DNA from: Bugula neritina
Lineage: Eukaryota > Animalia > Bryozoa
Length of the DNA: 64,000 bases
Assembly: GCA_964035545.1 (NCBI GenBank)
Contig: OZ037769.1
Coordinates: 14,600,633 to 14,664,632 of the forward strand
Direction: 5' to 3'
Shown: piece after piece, positions 1 to 13,520 of the stretch
Layout: every line of letters starts with the position of its first letter
Numbering within the stretch: the first letter of the stretch is position 1
The notes under the pieces: model-generated
The model's database searches: none
Told to the model about the DNA's origin: nothing
The model's input: the letters and a program-made list of their open reading frames with translations, nothing else
Made by a program: the position numbers and the translations under genes

Positions 1-417
1 CACTTTGTTTTTCATTCAATAAAAACTAAGTGTAGTTGGTATTAAAAACAGCTTTCATTTCTCACTTTTTTTCTCACCCTAATCTGCGTAGGCAAACAAT
101 TGGTTTGTTTCAAACACCACAACAGTAAAGCGTGACAGCATAGCCAGTGGAGAAAACAATCATCTATACTGCTGGATTAGTGGCAACTTGTGAGTGTGTC
201 AGAGTAGTGTCTTGTTGTGTGACTCTACAAATAAATTATGAATTTGAATATACTACAAAGTTGCAAACATTGTTTTAACAAAACACAGCATTTATTTGAT
301 ATTATATGTAAAGCTCAAGTTGATATAATATATATTAAATAAATTTTAGCTTTCCTTTTGGATACTCTGAAACAAAATAAAAAAATAAACCAAAATTGGG
401 TAAAGCCATGCAAACTA

Positions 418-675
418 GAGAGAGAAAGGTTAGGAGAGAGGATGGAAGAGAGATGGGGTAGAAGAGAGAAAGGGAGAGAGTCAGAGAGATAGTGGAAAAG
501 GGAAGAGAGAAAGGTTAGGAGAGAGAGAAGGTGGGAGAGACGGAGAGTGGGAGAGAGAGGGAGAAGGTGGGAGAGACAGAGGGTGGGAGAGAGGGAGGGT
601 GGGAGAGAGGGAGAGAAAGAGAGAGAGGTTGAGTAGAAGGTGTGGGAAAAAGAGACAGAGAGAGGAGTGAGAGAG
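418..675 (+). repeat. Polypurine (GA/GGGAGA)n simple repeat
   Basis: Almost pure purine tract of degenerate gggagagag units. It explains the Ser/Leu/Pro-rich tail of the spurious ORF 481-897. Confidence 0.9.
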
Positions 676-1499
676 CTTCCAAACTAACACCATTGACTTA
701 AAAAATGTTGATAAAAACTGCAGCAAGTCTTTAAAAACGATGCTAGCAAGTTCAAAGCTCACTATAACTTTCGAAATCAATAAAATGTCAAGTTCAAAAA
801 ACTTATCTGCGAGCAAAAAATAGTTACAGAGACAACCAGGTATTGGGCAAGAGCCAGCTAATAGGAGTACCTTTTTAGGTAAACTGCATGCAGGCACAGT
901 GAGATAGCATCGGTGCTAGTAATGCTAGTAATGAAAGTTTTCAGGGTTATTAAGGGTGCAATTTTATCACTAAACATCATAGCAATAGCAAAAATTGCTC
1001 AGTACAAACTTAGGAAAAATTTCTTTCATCCATTACATAATACCCGAAATCAAATCCATTTATTCAATTCATCAAGCCGAAAAACCAAGAATAATCAGAA
1101 AGACAGTAAAATCACTTTCTAGTAAAAAACAGCTTTAGATCATAATTGTTGGGTTCAGCTCTTAAGCTAAGACACCGATGCACTGAAATACGAAAAAGAT
1201 CAGCATACTTTTGACTGTCACAAAATTTATTTTACGCGCAACAGACATTTTAAGGTCACCCGCCACCCGCGCAGGACCACGTTGGTGAAAGGTGACCAGA
1301 TATTTTAAGGTCAATCAAAATCAAGCAAAGTTCATCGTCATATTGCTTACTGCTTAATGCTGCAGCTTATTTTTGCTTACCAAGTTTCTTTCTGCAGAAT
1401 AATTGTAGCTAGCTTCTCGATTTGCCATCTTTATTCCAGTCCAGGTTCAAATGACATCTTGATCGTTGCAAATATCCATGCAATCTAAAAAATATTTAT

Positions 1500-4400
1500 C
1501 AACCAGTACAACAACAGAAATACTTACAATGATCCAAATATTACTATTACATTACTATAACATTACACAGTAACACTATGTTTATAACTGTAATACGGAA
1601 GCATGACTTTGTGGTAGTTTGATATGCTATAGCAAAAGGTAGAAAAATCAACTGAAAAACCGACAGAAATAATCAAGTACAATTAACTAAAGTAAATAAA
1701 CTTACTGAATAGTAAATATTTTACTATACTTAGTGAATTGATTTACTTCCACTAGGTTTACTTTCATGATTAAATGCTTCTGTCTATTTTCCAGTTTATA
1801 GGAATATATTAAAAGTGAAACCAATTATAATTACTATTACCTTATCTAGTTTTGACTATATATTTTTCACAAATATAAACATAGTTATATGCGTATTCCT
1901 ATTGTGACTGCAGATACCATTGCGGTAACTGAAATCAAACTTCATTCTACTTCAAGTTTCAAACATTGTCCTAGTTCAAAGACTAACAAGTGAATAATTA
2001 ATAACTGTGAAAGCTCCAATAAGTTACTTCATTATTAAATAAGATACAACTGATTCTACTGTATATGATACTATGGTATCTGTATTAAATTAAAACATAA
2101 TTATGAAAATCAAAAGTTGTATTTTGAGCACTTATATTATAGTAATTAAATTAACAGCTTAAAATAGGCACATTAAACCATGATTGGAATTTTTATCCAT
2201 TTATCTTTATAATTATATTTATTCTTTATTCTGAAAGTTGACCCAACACTGGTAACAAAACTAAAAGTAATTGATTAAGTATGATTTATTCTTACACACT
2301 TTACCATTATATTTAGTCTTCCTGATTTTCAGTCTGTCATAGTGATTACTACTATATGAAAATGACTTTGACTTAGGAGTCATAATTATAGTCACAGTGT
2401 TGATAAGTCAACAGTGTAGGATTAACACAGCACTAGACTAGTACTACCTCCAGCTTTCAAGTTTATGTTAGGGTATCTCTAAGACTAAAGAGTAACCCTA
2501 ATAATGTAAGCAAAGAGCAGTGAGTAATAAGCATGCTATTCAACTTCAAGTTTCACTAGTACTATAACCAATACCACATGTATTTTAATAAAATTAGGTA
2601 GCTGGTGAGTGAACTATAAAATTAAATAGGGATCAAACTTTGAGCAATATTAATAGAAATAATATTAGGACAGAGGTTTCCAATTATTAGTATGTGAAAC
2701 CAAAGGGGAATGGATAACTACTATTAGTATTATTACATTTACTTTATATTTAGTTTTACCAGTTCGTATTATGATTATCTTACTTTGAATTGTAAAGTAT
2801 AATAATTATAATATTCATAGTAGTATATTTATATTAGTAATTAATATGTATATTAGTAAAAACATTTGTTTTAAGTTGCTTGTTTATTAAATTATTCTAA
2901 ATCCTAATAACGATAATCCTAATATTAGTGATAATCATTATGCTCATCACTGTCCCCAAGTGCTATCAGTATGACCATCGCAATATGAACCTAGACGTGC
3001 ATGTAAAAAGGCACTGCAAAACAGAACATGGGATGGAGGCAGATATCCATACCATAATACAAATATCGATATTGAATTTGATAAACATAATTATTATACA
3101 AATATAATGATAATAACTACAATGATCAAAAATAAATAATACCAAAGAGTTTTCGAATTACTATTCATAAAATCAAATATCACATTTATAAAGATATAAT
3201 CATATCTATTATTAAATTTAAGTCAATTATACTAATAGCAATAGTAATATAAATAGAAAAAAGAATCATTGACCAGGAGTAGGTGCAAAATAAAAGTCAA
3301 TTTTAAGACAAAGAGTAAGAAAAATACTAAATCGATATTTAAAATTACTTATTTTTAATCTTAGTCACTTACAGTCAGTCTTAGTTTAATTTTTACTACT
3401 AAGTCTTTAATTTCAAGTTCATTTTGACAATAAACTTGAAGACTTTAACTAAGAATATGTATAATTCAAAATTCCAAACTGGTACAAGTAAAAGTTGCTA
3501 CTGAAGCTTTGTAATATTATTTTAAATTATTGGTATGATAGCATTATATTTTGATTCATAGCAATACTGATAGTGACAATTTCAAACATACCCATACCAT
3601 TACTGTTACAGTTTAAGTTACTATTGCCATTGTGATTGCCGGTAATGAGTGAATATAACTTAAATTTATATGACTATTACTATTACTATTAGTATTACTA
3701 TCACTTTCAGTACCGGTCTAGTATCAGTATCACCTTAATTCAAAATCAATGTATAATTTATCAAATTACTTTTATATTATCATTTATCAATAATATGTCT
3801 ATCACTATGATATTATCATGATATTGATTTTTAATTTAAACATAATAAAATCATAGGTATAATCATAATGATAATCATAATCATAATGCTTAATTTTACT
3901 TTTAGTTCAGGTTCAATGATTTAAGAGTAAGTGAAAGTTACTATAACTATTGCCATTGTGATTGCTAGAAATATAATTTAAATTTATATGACTATTACTA
4001 TTACCAACACTCACTGCTCAGACTTACTCGGACTCACTCTGTCTCTAACTCTAAGTCTGAGTCTCACTCCACCAGAGTGAGAGTGACACTGAATTACTAT
4101 TACTATTAGTATTAGTATTAGCAAAATATATCAACCTTATGATTATCTTATTAGTTATTACAATATGTTCGGCATTGATGTTGAACTAAAAATATTAATA
4201 GTTATTACAATCACAATGACAATGCCAATATGATCAAAGACAAATGATTCCAAGCAGTTTGAGTTGAAGGTAAGTTATAAGTTGAAGTAGTACGTAAGTG
4301 GTAGTTGATACTGATACTATCAGTGATAGGTTTATACTCCATACCAATGAACTCAATAATATTACCTATATATTACAATAAATTATATTACTATTAGTAT

Positions 4401-6380
4401 TACCTATAATTAAAATAAATTATATTATTTCTTTTCCAGCTCAGTGCTTTATACCCTCTACTTAGTCTAATGCCGCGCACATGACGAGAATGTGAGGTGA
4501 AGGTCACTCACAGCTAAAATCGCCAAGGATCCATCACTAGTAGTAGTAGTTCTAGTAGTCGTACTACCAGTAATCTGGCTTCGCTATGGCACTACGAATT
4601 GAATGTTGACAAGACGCATGCATGTTTGCTGTTGGTAAACTAATTTTTACTGAATTTTAATCATGCTAAGCTGCAACCTATTTTCTAATGAAATAATATA
4701 TTCAATAATAATATAATAAATATAATAATTATCATTATGATTATGATATTTTATCATTTAATTTTATAACTTTTACTTTTAGTTTTAGTATTTTGGTTTT
4801 ACATCAAAATTTACATCAAAATTTACATCATTATGATTATCATTATGATTACAAAATAAAAATAATTATCATTAATCATTACCTTTTAATTTATGATTAT
4901 AATTAATGTTAGAATTACCACAATTACAATCATAATGATAATGGCATAATGCCAATGATAATCACAATCGTAACACTAATAATAATAGTAATAGTCAAAC
5001 TCGAGGATTGAGCCAATGATTCAGATTGTCTAAATTTAATTAAATAAATTTCAGCCTTGGGTTTAACTTTACAGTTCACAATTTTATTTTACTTTACGAC
5101 TGAGAGTCACAGTAAGACTAAGAAAAAGAGTAAGTCATACCTTTCTTGCAGTTATTTTCAAAGTTTGTAGTTGTACTAGTACACTAGTAGACCTAGTAGT
5201 AGTACTAGTAGTAGTAGTAACAGTACTATTAGTAGTAGTAGTAGTAGTACTAGTACTAGTAGCAGTACTAGTACTAGTTGTAGTACTAGTATCAGTGGTA
5301 GTAGTAATAGGACTGCGATCTTAGATGTAAGTCTAATGAAATACGAATAATAATAGTATAAGTATAACTTTTACATATTTAGTTTTACTATAAGTGTAAA
5401 TATAATGAGTAATAGTAAAACTCAAAGTGTATACATTAACTCAGTTGAGCATTAATGATTAAATATAATAATTATAATAAAGTAATATGATCACCATTAC
5501 GATTATAATTAAAATTCTTAGTAACACTTTTATGATAGGCCTACTCAGTTTAATTTATTAATATTAAACATTAGTTTGGCTACCACAAATAACTAATAAG
5601 TGCTACTATAGGTAACTGTAAAGATAAGTATAAATTTAACTATAACATAGACTATCAGCAATAATAATATATCATATTGATATTAAACTATATATGGATA
5701 ATGCAAATCATAGATCATACCTCATGATAATTATTCCTAATGATCTTAATTTTTATATGCTGATGCTAATAAGTAGTAATTTTAAATTTGATAACTCATG
5801 AATGATGAATAAGATAACAAGAATAATACTGGACGTAGTAATACTATTAGTCCTACTACTAGAATTTTATTATCTTATATGTGTAATACGCTTCTTTTAG
5901 TAATACTGCTGGTCAAAGTTAGTGTTAATCATATTTATAGTTAAATGTTGAAGGAATAAATTAGTTCATAACATAAACATTGCACTATGTGAATATGAAG
6001 TTTAATATGAATATCCCAATTACACTTGCTGTTGCTCTTTAGAGACTAGAGTTATAACTTATAACTATGATATAATAATGAATACCATTATTTTAACTAA
6101 TCATATTACTCAGCTAATGTTAATGATAACTGTAAGTCTAAAAACCATTACGGTTATAGGTATCACTGACTAATATTATTAATAATATAATCATTCGTTT
6201 TATACTTATACCTATATTTATATTTATACTTATACCTATTTTTATACTTATGATCATATCTATACTTTCACGTATGCTTGTACATTTTACTCATAGTATC
6301 AGGGTGGCAATCGAAAAGTCATAATCGATATGCTAATCTAATAATAGAACCAACTGCACTAATATAGTTGTATATTATTA
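1500..6380. repeat. Extended AT-rich cryptic simple sequence (TAA/TAG/TGA-type micro-repeats)
   Basis: No ORF of 60 aa or more in 4.9 kb. Runs such as (tagtag/actagt)n at 5170-5310, (acatcaaaattt)x2+ at 4801-4830, and a local direct repeat at about 3615-3690 and 3935-4005. Confidence 0.6.
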
Positions 6381-6385
6381 TTATT

Positions 6386-9325
6386 GTTGATTGACCGTAG
6401 TTTTTTAGCTGGTGTAACCTTTTACCATTGGCCTAGTTATACTAGGCTGAAATGGATAGAACTTTCCTCAGGATGTGAGCTTATCCTGATCCTAGTAAGG
6501 GTGTCTGCTGAATTAATGAGCATTTGTTTTCAGCTACTCCAAGTAGTGTCAGCCAGTCTACAATCTTGTATAAAGCTCCAAAGGCTCCAGTTACAACGGG
6601 ATGACTTTTTTGATGTTTTCCAAAGGCGGGTTTATTCTAGTGCTAAATTCTGATATTTTCCTAACTTTTCGAATTTTTTTTCTTTCACTCTGTAGTTAAC
6701 AGGGACTGTGATATAAATTATCGTTGTTTCAGCATTATGCTTGTCAACTACTAATATATCGGGTCTCCTAACTTTGATGACTACGTCAGTGTGTATGTTA
6801 AAATCTTACAAGGTTTTTACATTATCATTTTCCAGTACGGATTCTGCTTGATGGCCGTACCAATTCTTACTTTTCTGAAACCCACGAAGTTCACACAACT
6901 ACTATTGAAATTATCAATGCCAAAAGGTTGTGTTTTTTCTTATATTCTCCTTCTGCTACCTTCTCAAACTCACTCAATACGTGCATCGAAGTTTTGTCTC
7001 TTGCGTTACACATTCCACACTTCTTGCTACCCTGTTCTCTCATCATAGCCACTTCATAATTTCTAGTAGTGAATAGTTGATCTTGCGCAGCTGTCAGCAG
7101 TCCTTCTGTTTCCTTTTTCAGCCAACCATACTTCAACCAGTTCCAGGAAAATGCTTTCATGTCTTCCACCATTTTGATGTATTGACCACGTGAAGCTTTT
7201 TCTTTACACTCATCAATTCTTTCTATCACTTTATCATTATTTAGTTCTACCGCTGTTTTGTCTTTTAGAAAGGTATTCAGTGTGGTGTTTCTATCAGTCT
7301 GTGTTATATTTATGTAGTCTGACATGCTGCAGTTTTCAATCTTTATGCATTTTTCAGTTGACAACATTCTTCTACCGCCTTCCCTACTGCTAAAATACAG
7401 CCTGCCTACATCTGCTCTCGGATAGGGTGCACGGTTTGTTGTCATTAGCTTCCTTGTCTTTCAGTCCATATTTTTTAGCTCATGAAACAGTTCAGTCAAG
7501 TATTCTAGCTGTGTAATGCACTGCTGTTACTGCCCATGTGTTTATTGCTTTGATTGTGTTCTCACCATTCAGTTTTGAATCCAGAACTTTTCTTATTTGT
7601 TTGTAGTACTCCTTGATCTTATTTTTCATTTCATATATTTGTATTCTATCAATCTCAAGAACTCCTAGATATTTATACGGCTTCTCACCCAGATCTTTAA
7701 TTACCTGTTCCTCAGGCAAACTGATTCCTGTGTCCTTGATTTTCTTTCCCTTTCTCATAACCAGTGTGGCACATTTTTTAATCCAAATTTCATTTCTATA
7801 TTCCTTGTGAAGATCCCGGCAGTGTTTACCAAAGCTTCCAGTTCTGACTTTGATTTCCTATTTACCTTCAGGTCATCCACATATAGGAGATAGTTTGTTT
7901 TCTGTCTCGTCGAAATTTGCATCATTGAGCCGCTTCTGTCATGCGAATCGGTAGTTGGAGAAAAGGGATAGAGATAAAGAGTCTCCTTGGAAAATTCTTA
8001 GTTTGATCTTTATTTCTCCTATCTTTTCTTCCAGGTATTTCAGTTGTGTTTTCCAGGTTTCATGCTTTTTCTTATCAACCTTTTGACATTAATTGCTATT
8101 CCAGTTGTTTGCATCGTTTCTAAGATCTAATTTCCTTGTCTTTACATATGCTCCAATTTGTTGCTAACTTTATTTAGTCATTCTGCATTGGTATTATTTT
8201 TAGTTGGCTGACCCCATAATTATATTTTATCAGAATGCTTTTGATTTCCTTGTCAGGTGCCTCTTTAGATGTACATTCATTTCCTCGTAATTCTTGATAA
8301 AAGCGCTTATCATTGTAAACATTGTGTTCTGATTATATTGATCAACTCATTCTGTATATCTGTTTATCTTCTGGCTTACAGCTCTCAGGTTTTGCTTCAG
8401 TTTTTCAATCACTACACCACACTCTTTGTTTTTTATCCTATATTTTTCTTCAACCATTCTTCTCAATGAATCATTGTAAGCTCTACTTTTTCACTCTGCT
8501 ATTTTACTTAAGTCTGATCTAATTTTTTTTATTTCTTCTGCAGTCGTATTTTCCATACTTGTACATTGTCAGTTTTTCTTTTTCCTTTTTGTTACACACT
8601 TGTTCTGTTACTATTTTTCGCACAAGCCATGGTGGTGCTATTAAGCTCAATGGTATTAATAATCTCAACACAGTTTAGCACATCATTAATCTGTTTTACT
8701 GCCTGTAGTAATTTGACCCTCTCAATGTGCCTAAGGGCTCTTAGTGTTGGTCGATCATTAGATAGTTTGTTATGCTCATTTATAATTTTTCTACTAACAC
8801 TTTTTCTACCTCTGAACTAGGTACTCTTAAAATTCTCATGGCTGATTTATATGCTATCTCATGTTGTACTATAACATCCTCTATTTGCAAATTTAGCTCT
8901 TCTTCATCAATTGATGTGCCTAATTTTTGCAAGGTTCCTTCTTCAATCTTATGGAGTTCTCCTTCCATAAAATGCTTGTGTTTCTTCATAGTTCTTGCTT
9001 AATCCGCTAGTCTCTATTCGCTGATGTTAAACTCTCCTCTGTTTTCCAGCGTTTGCACATTCTTTTTAAATAATTCTTTGATCCGGGTCTACAGAGCTCA
9101 TACATTGTTTTTCTATGACCTCTCAATTTGGGTGTACTTTTGAAGCAGCATTTCATGACAACTTTGTTGTCTTCTCTTGAGTATCTTCTTCTAGTTGTGC
9201 CAGTAACGGGTTGACGGCCGTAGGTTGCCTGGTCCTCCACATACCCACTGCCAGACGAGACATGCCATGTTTAGTTAGACATACCATTAACGTCGTTGGC
9301 TTTATTAGTTCTATTTTAATGGATC
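6386..9325 (-). mobile_element. Decayed non-LTR retrotransposon, R4/Dong clade (RT plus restriction-like endonuclease), internally deleted
   Basis: Minus-strand fragments: N-terminal TGTTRRRYSREDNKVVMKCCFKSTPKLRGHRK; YKYLGV and NTIKAINTWAV; RADVGRLYFSSREGGRRM; ETEGLLTAAQDQ and CGMC..H; RPDILVVDK endonuclease motif near 6740-6770. Many stops and frameshifts, and the early RT region is missing at about 8130. Flanked on both sides by (TAA)n/(ATT)n (6373-6385, 9328-9355). Confidence 0.88.
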
Positions 9326-10224
9326 ATATTATTATTTTTAATTATTATTATTATCACTATCAGTAGCAAATAAATAATTTTATATTTGTTATTAGTTACT
9401 ACTTATATAAATTGAGTGCCACAGCTTGAGGGTTATAAAGTCAGTCTTAGTCAATGTAATGGGGATGCTGATACTGACATTTGGCTTCGAGCTCATAGTT
9501 AAATTGCTAACAACTATACCTAAGGATAAAAGGAGTATTAAAATATTAATTTATAATGATTATAACCTTAGAGTGGAGATATTATTCTCAATTTATTTAG
9601 TTTTTACTTTACTAACTTTTATTTTATTCATCAACCTCACTGTCTATTTAAATAGCAAACTAAAGATTAATTATGAAGGCCTTTGAATTGAAGTACTTTT
9701 CTGTAGCTGATTAGATTTCAAGTATTAAAATAACATACTAAGACAGAATACCATTATATGAGCTAGATTAATAAAGTAAAGAAGATTTCTTTGTTAATCA
9801 AAATATAGGTGTCACATATGCCTATTTTTAAGATTATGTTCTTATATGTGCTGTCTTTTTAATATTTTTAAAGTGCTACATTTTGAGGGTACATCAATAT
9901 GACTGCCCTGTAATTGCTTGTCAACTATAAGAGTTAGACCTATAAACTGTCTCATTTTCAAATTATCTTTACTTTTCTAATTGATGTTAACATGACTATT
10001 CCTATTAGTATTTTGGTGTTTACCATTAGTAATGTTTGAACTAACATCAATATCATTGTTAATTTGTCTAATTATTCAAATTTTAATATTCATCATTTGT
10101 GGACAGTAATAAAATTTTGTCTTTCTTAAATTAATGTGATTCTAGATTAGCTACTCTAGCAAGTGTGTATTGTGCAATGAGTACTAATGCCATATTTTTG
10201 CACTTCTTGTTCTATATAATTTAG

Positions 10225-12291
10225 ATTTAAGGTAACAATTCTTAAAGCTATCACATAATGCTGCTATCAGTTATAAAGATGTCACTGATCCAAACATTGA
10301 AAACCAGCTGAGTGCATGCAAGGTTGAAAACTTATTTTCTCTGGTTAGGTAAGTAGAAAGGTATTTGCTGTAATTTACAACTATTTTGTTTTCAACATCC
10401 TTGATGTTCATCTCTAAAAGATAAGTAGCACATAATGGTACCTGTTTTACTTAGCAGAAGAAATTATTGTCAAAGCTCTATTACTACATTTTAAATTGTA
10501 TGACACTCTTTTGACTACATTTGATTTCATATCTCAAATAATTATATTTCTGACTCATGAAACTGTAACCACACACTTGAGAACAAAATAAATAATGATA
10601 TGGAAGCTTTCTTTAACTTTGTCAATTTAGTCACCAGCCAATGACTGAAAACATGTTTTGTACACTATTGATTGCCTCTCTATTTCCGCTATAAGGCAGA
10701 AACTTTAATCTCAAAATTTAAGACACTGGCAATTCTTCCCAATAATAAGTTGTTCAAAACAAATATTTTTTGCCAAGTAATATAGTATTTAATTATATTT
10801 TTTAGTCAAAGAAATTTGTTTGGTTTCTTGTGTCATCTTGAATAGCTTGTTATTCATTATTTTTTTCTTCGTGTTATGACTATGAGTGTATATAACCTTT
10901 GCTGACAGGTTTTTCCCCCATCACTATATGTTTCTCTGTTTACTCTCTAACAGTTTTATTTCCGTTCATTTTTTAGAGTTTACTAAAATGACATGGGTGT
11001 GCTTTGTTGTGGCTCCTAATTGAGCGCATCCGTTGAGATTATTGGAAGTTTTGTTGAAACTGAGCTGAGGCCTCTTACTCCTAAAGGCAAGAATTTGAGT
11101 CATCTTAGCTACTTGTAGCATATCAACATCGAACAGCACCATTCCACTACTCTAAGCTTAAGGTTTTGGCTGCATTAGATCAACAGGTAAGTTTAATAGT
11201 TTGTATTTCGTACACTATTTCATGATGTCTGTTCAGCATTTACTTAGTAGCACACATTTATAGATTTTGCATTCTTTTAGTTTTTTGCAGTACAACTTTT
11301 CCACGCAACTATTACACTGTTGTTGCTGTTAATTGTAGTTTATTCTGCTTGACCATGCAATTATTGAATTATGTTGCAAAGGTGATTGAGTCCTTTTATT
11401 TAATTTAGTACACACTGGAAATCTGCAGTTTTTAGCCATTTTTACAATTTAGCTGCTAATGAACAATGCTTTTTGCTTAAAATTAGTGAGACATCAAGAA
11501 ATACACCTAAATAATCAAGGTTCTTCTTAGTTTTGCATGATTTCTCATGTTTTTTCCTATTTATTCATTTCATTTGGATTGCCTACTGTTACAAACTAAC
11601 CGTGGCGATCCCCAGTCAGAAGTTGCTGTAATTAGAAAAAAGCATAGGAAATCAAAGAAAATTAAAAAGAGCCTTGATTATTTAGGTGTATTTATTGATA
11701 TTTTTTTAGTTTCGGGCCAAAACTCATGTTCATTAGCAAAAACTTGAGATCTTCAGTATGTACTAACTTAAATAAAATGAACCAATTGCAGTAAATTTCT
11801 GCATTTTCTAATACTTCTCAAATTTACACTTAAAATAGTGCTGTCTTAAGAAAATGACACTAGCTGCTGTTTTCATGTATGTGCCCCAATTGTATATAAT
11901 GCTGTTGATTTGTTTAGTGCTTTTTCTATTTGTTTGTTATATAACTTTTCTTTTATGGTTGTTGCCAGCACCTAAAGCATTATTCATTAGTGTCAATTAA
12001 TTTCTACTCACAGTTTTACTGTTACATAGTTTATAAAGCCCTTGTGTCAACTTTTCTAGATATCCTGGTTAAAATTGTTCCACTTGATGAATGGCATAAG
12101 GCATATGCAATAGCAAAACAGTTGCAGGCTGTTTTGGAAATAAAATTGTGCATATAATCTTTATTTTATACATGTTATTTAGGCTTTGGTAGAACTGTTG
12201 GAGAGCCTTCCTCTTGAATAAAGCTACTCAACTTCCCGGATTCTACTTTATTGACATTAACCCACTACCTACAAAACGCCTTGAAATTTAG
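10225..12291 (+). pseudogene. Three-exon relic resembling the BEL/Pao pol RNaseH-integrase junction
   Basis: Candidate exons 10225-10348 (ag|...AG|gtaagt), 10977-11186 (ttttag|...CAG|gtaagt) and 12183-~12291 (ttatttag|). Peptides NDMGVLCCG, LRPL.PKG, LLVAYQHRTAPFH, LW.NCW and NPLPTKRL echo BEL/Pao motifs. Several stops and frameshifts. Confidence 0.35.
11388..11783. mobile_element. Palindromic MITE, older copy of the 24233-24653 family
   Basis: Shares tttagtacacactggaa...ttagctgctaatgaac...ggttc with the 24.2 kb copy. Imperfect hairpin. Flanks gatt/aatt. Confidence 0.85.
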
Positions 12292-12899
12292 CTAATAAAT
12301 TATGTATTTTGTGAGTTTTTTTAAATGTACAATGTTATGTATAAATTACAATCAGTTTATATATATATACATGTCTTTTGCTACTTAGTATTACAGTGTA
12401 AAAAGCATTTCAGGGTTAACAATTTAATTAATTGGCCCTAACAGTAATTATGTATAATACAGATTTGCAGATGCTTTAAATGAACCCAAAAAGCTGATGT
12501 TGTTAAACAGTGTACAAAATAGTCACCTCATATCAGCCAGACATGCTTAGTCATTACCTAGCATTAAAATCATAATATTATGAATGCAGTCAAGTTTTGA
12601 TATGCATCCCTATTATTGATAGTTTGTGAACCAGCAATTAAATATCAAGAAGCAATATTACTAACCAATGTGCCGGTTAAAGAGTTTCAAGTTGTAGTTA
12701 TAGTATCAAACTATTATAATGGCATAAAAACTATAGTTAAAACATCTTATTAATATTTACTACAGGAATACATATTATAGGTGTGCTAAAAATCTGGTAG
12801 AAGCATCAATTATTTTAGATGTTTTGGATTTAGTATCTCTGTACTATAATGTAATATACAGAACATCAGGTGCTGTCTCCACAGTGCATTGATGGCACT

Positions 12900-13520
12900 A
12901 ATGAATATTAATACATGCAGGCAGTGTTGGTAATGATTTATTGAAATAGGAGTTTAAAAACTGTTTAAACAACAACGAAAAGCCTGAGATTAGTCCAAGG
13001 AGAGGGGTATTTCAAGCTAGCAGATGAGCAATATAGATGCGAAAGTCTTGCCTAAAAATCATTATTGTTATATCTAGTCATTAATTTCTTGCAATAGATC
13101 TATTTCACTATTGAGAAGAACAAAATTAGCTAGTAAACAGTGTAATAGAGTCAAGGCACTTTGGCAGTGCTAGTTTAAAATAAACCTGGGATAGTCGAAT
13201 AGCAGAAGTACTTTTTGATGCATAATATAATTATGTGCAGCTTAAGATTTTGCAATACTGTGTTTTCAGTGAGATATTAATTTCAATAGCTACATTAAAA
13301 TAATGTACACAGTGATGCAAGTGATGCAAAATCTTCTAAGATGCTATGACTGTAGCAGTTTGCTACTAGTCTCAGGTAACAAACCAAATAGCCTTTCTTT
13401 GTGCCATCATCCAAATGCCAAACAAATAACTCATTCACTCTGTAACAACAAGGTGGTCTCCCAAGTAGATTGTTAGACATTTCAGGCATTAATAACCAAA
13501 GGCTTTTCACTTTGGCATAA
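12900..13520 (-). mobile_element. Highly decayed non-LTR retrotransposon RT relic (CRE-like)
   Basis: NELFVWHLDDGTKKG at about 13390-13440 matches the WYLDDGT RT motif typical of the CRE clade. Surrounding sequence is too decayed to confirm. Confidence 0.35.

Noticed and set aside
481-897. 138-aa ORF
   Set aside because: Much of it is the antisense reading of the GA-rich simple repeat; no domain.
10977-11186. Reassigned stop codons (TAA/TAG read as Gln)
   Set aside because: ZNF genes end on TAA and have long stop-free frames under the standard code. The stops here fit pseudogene decay.
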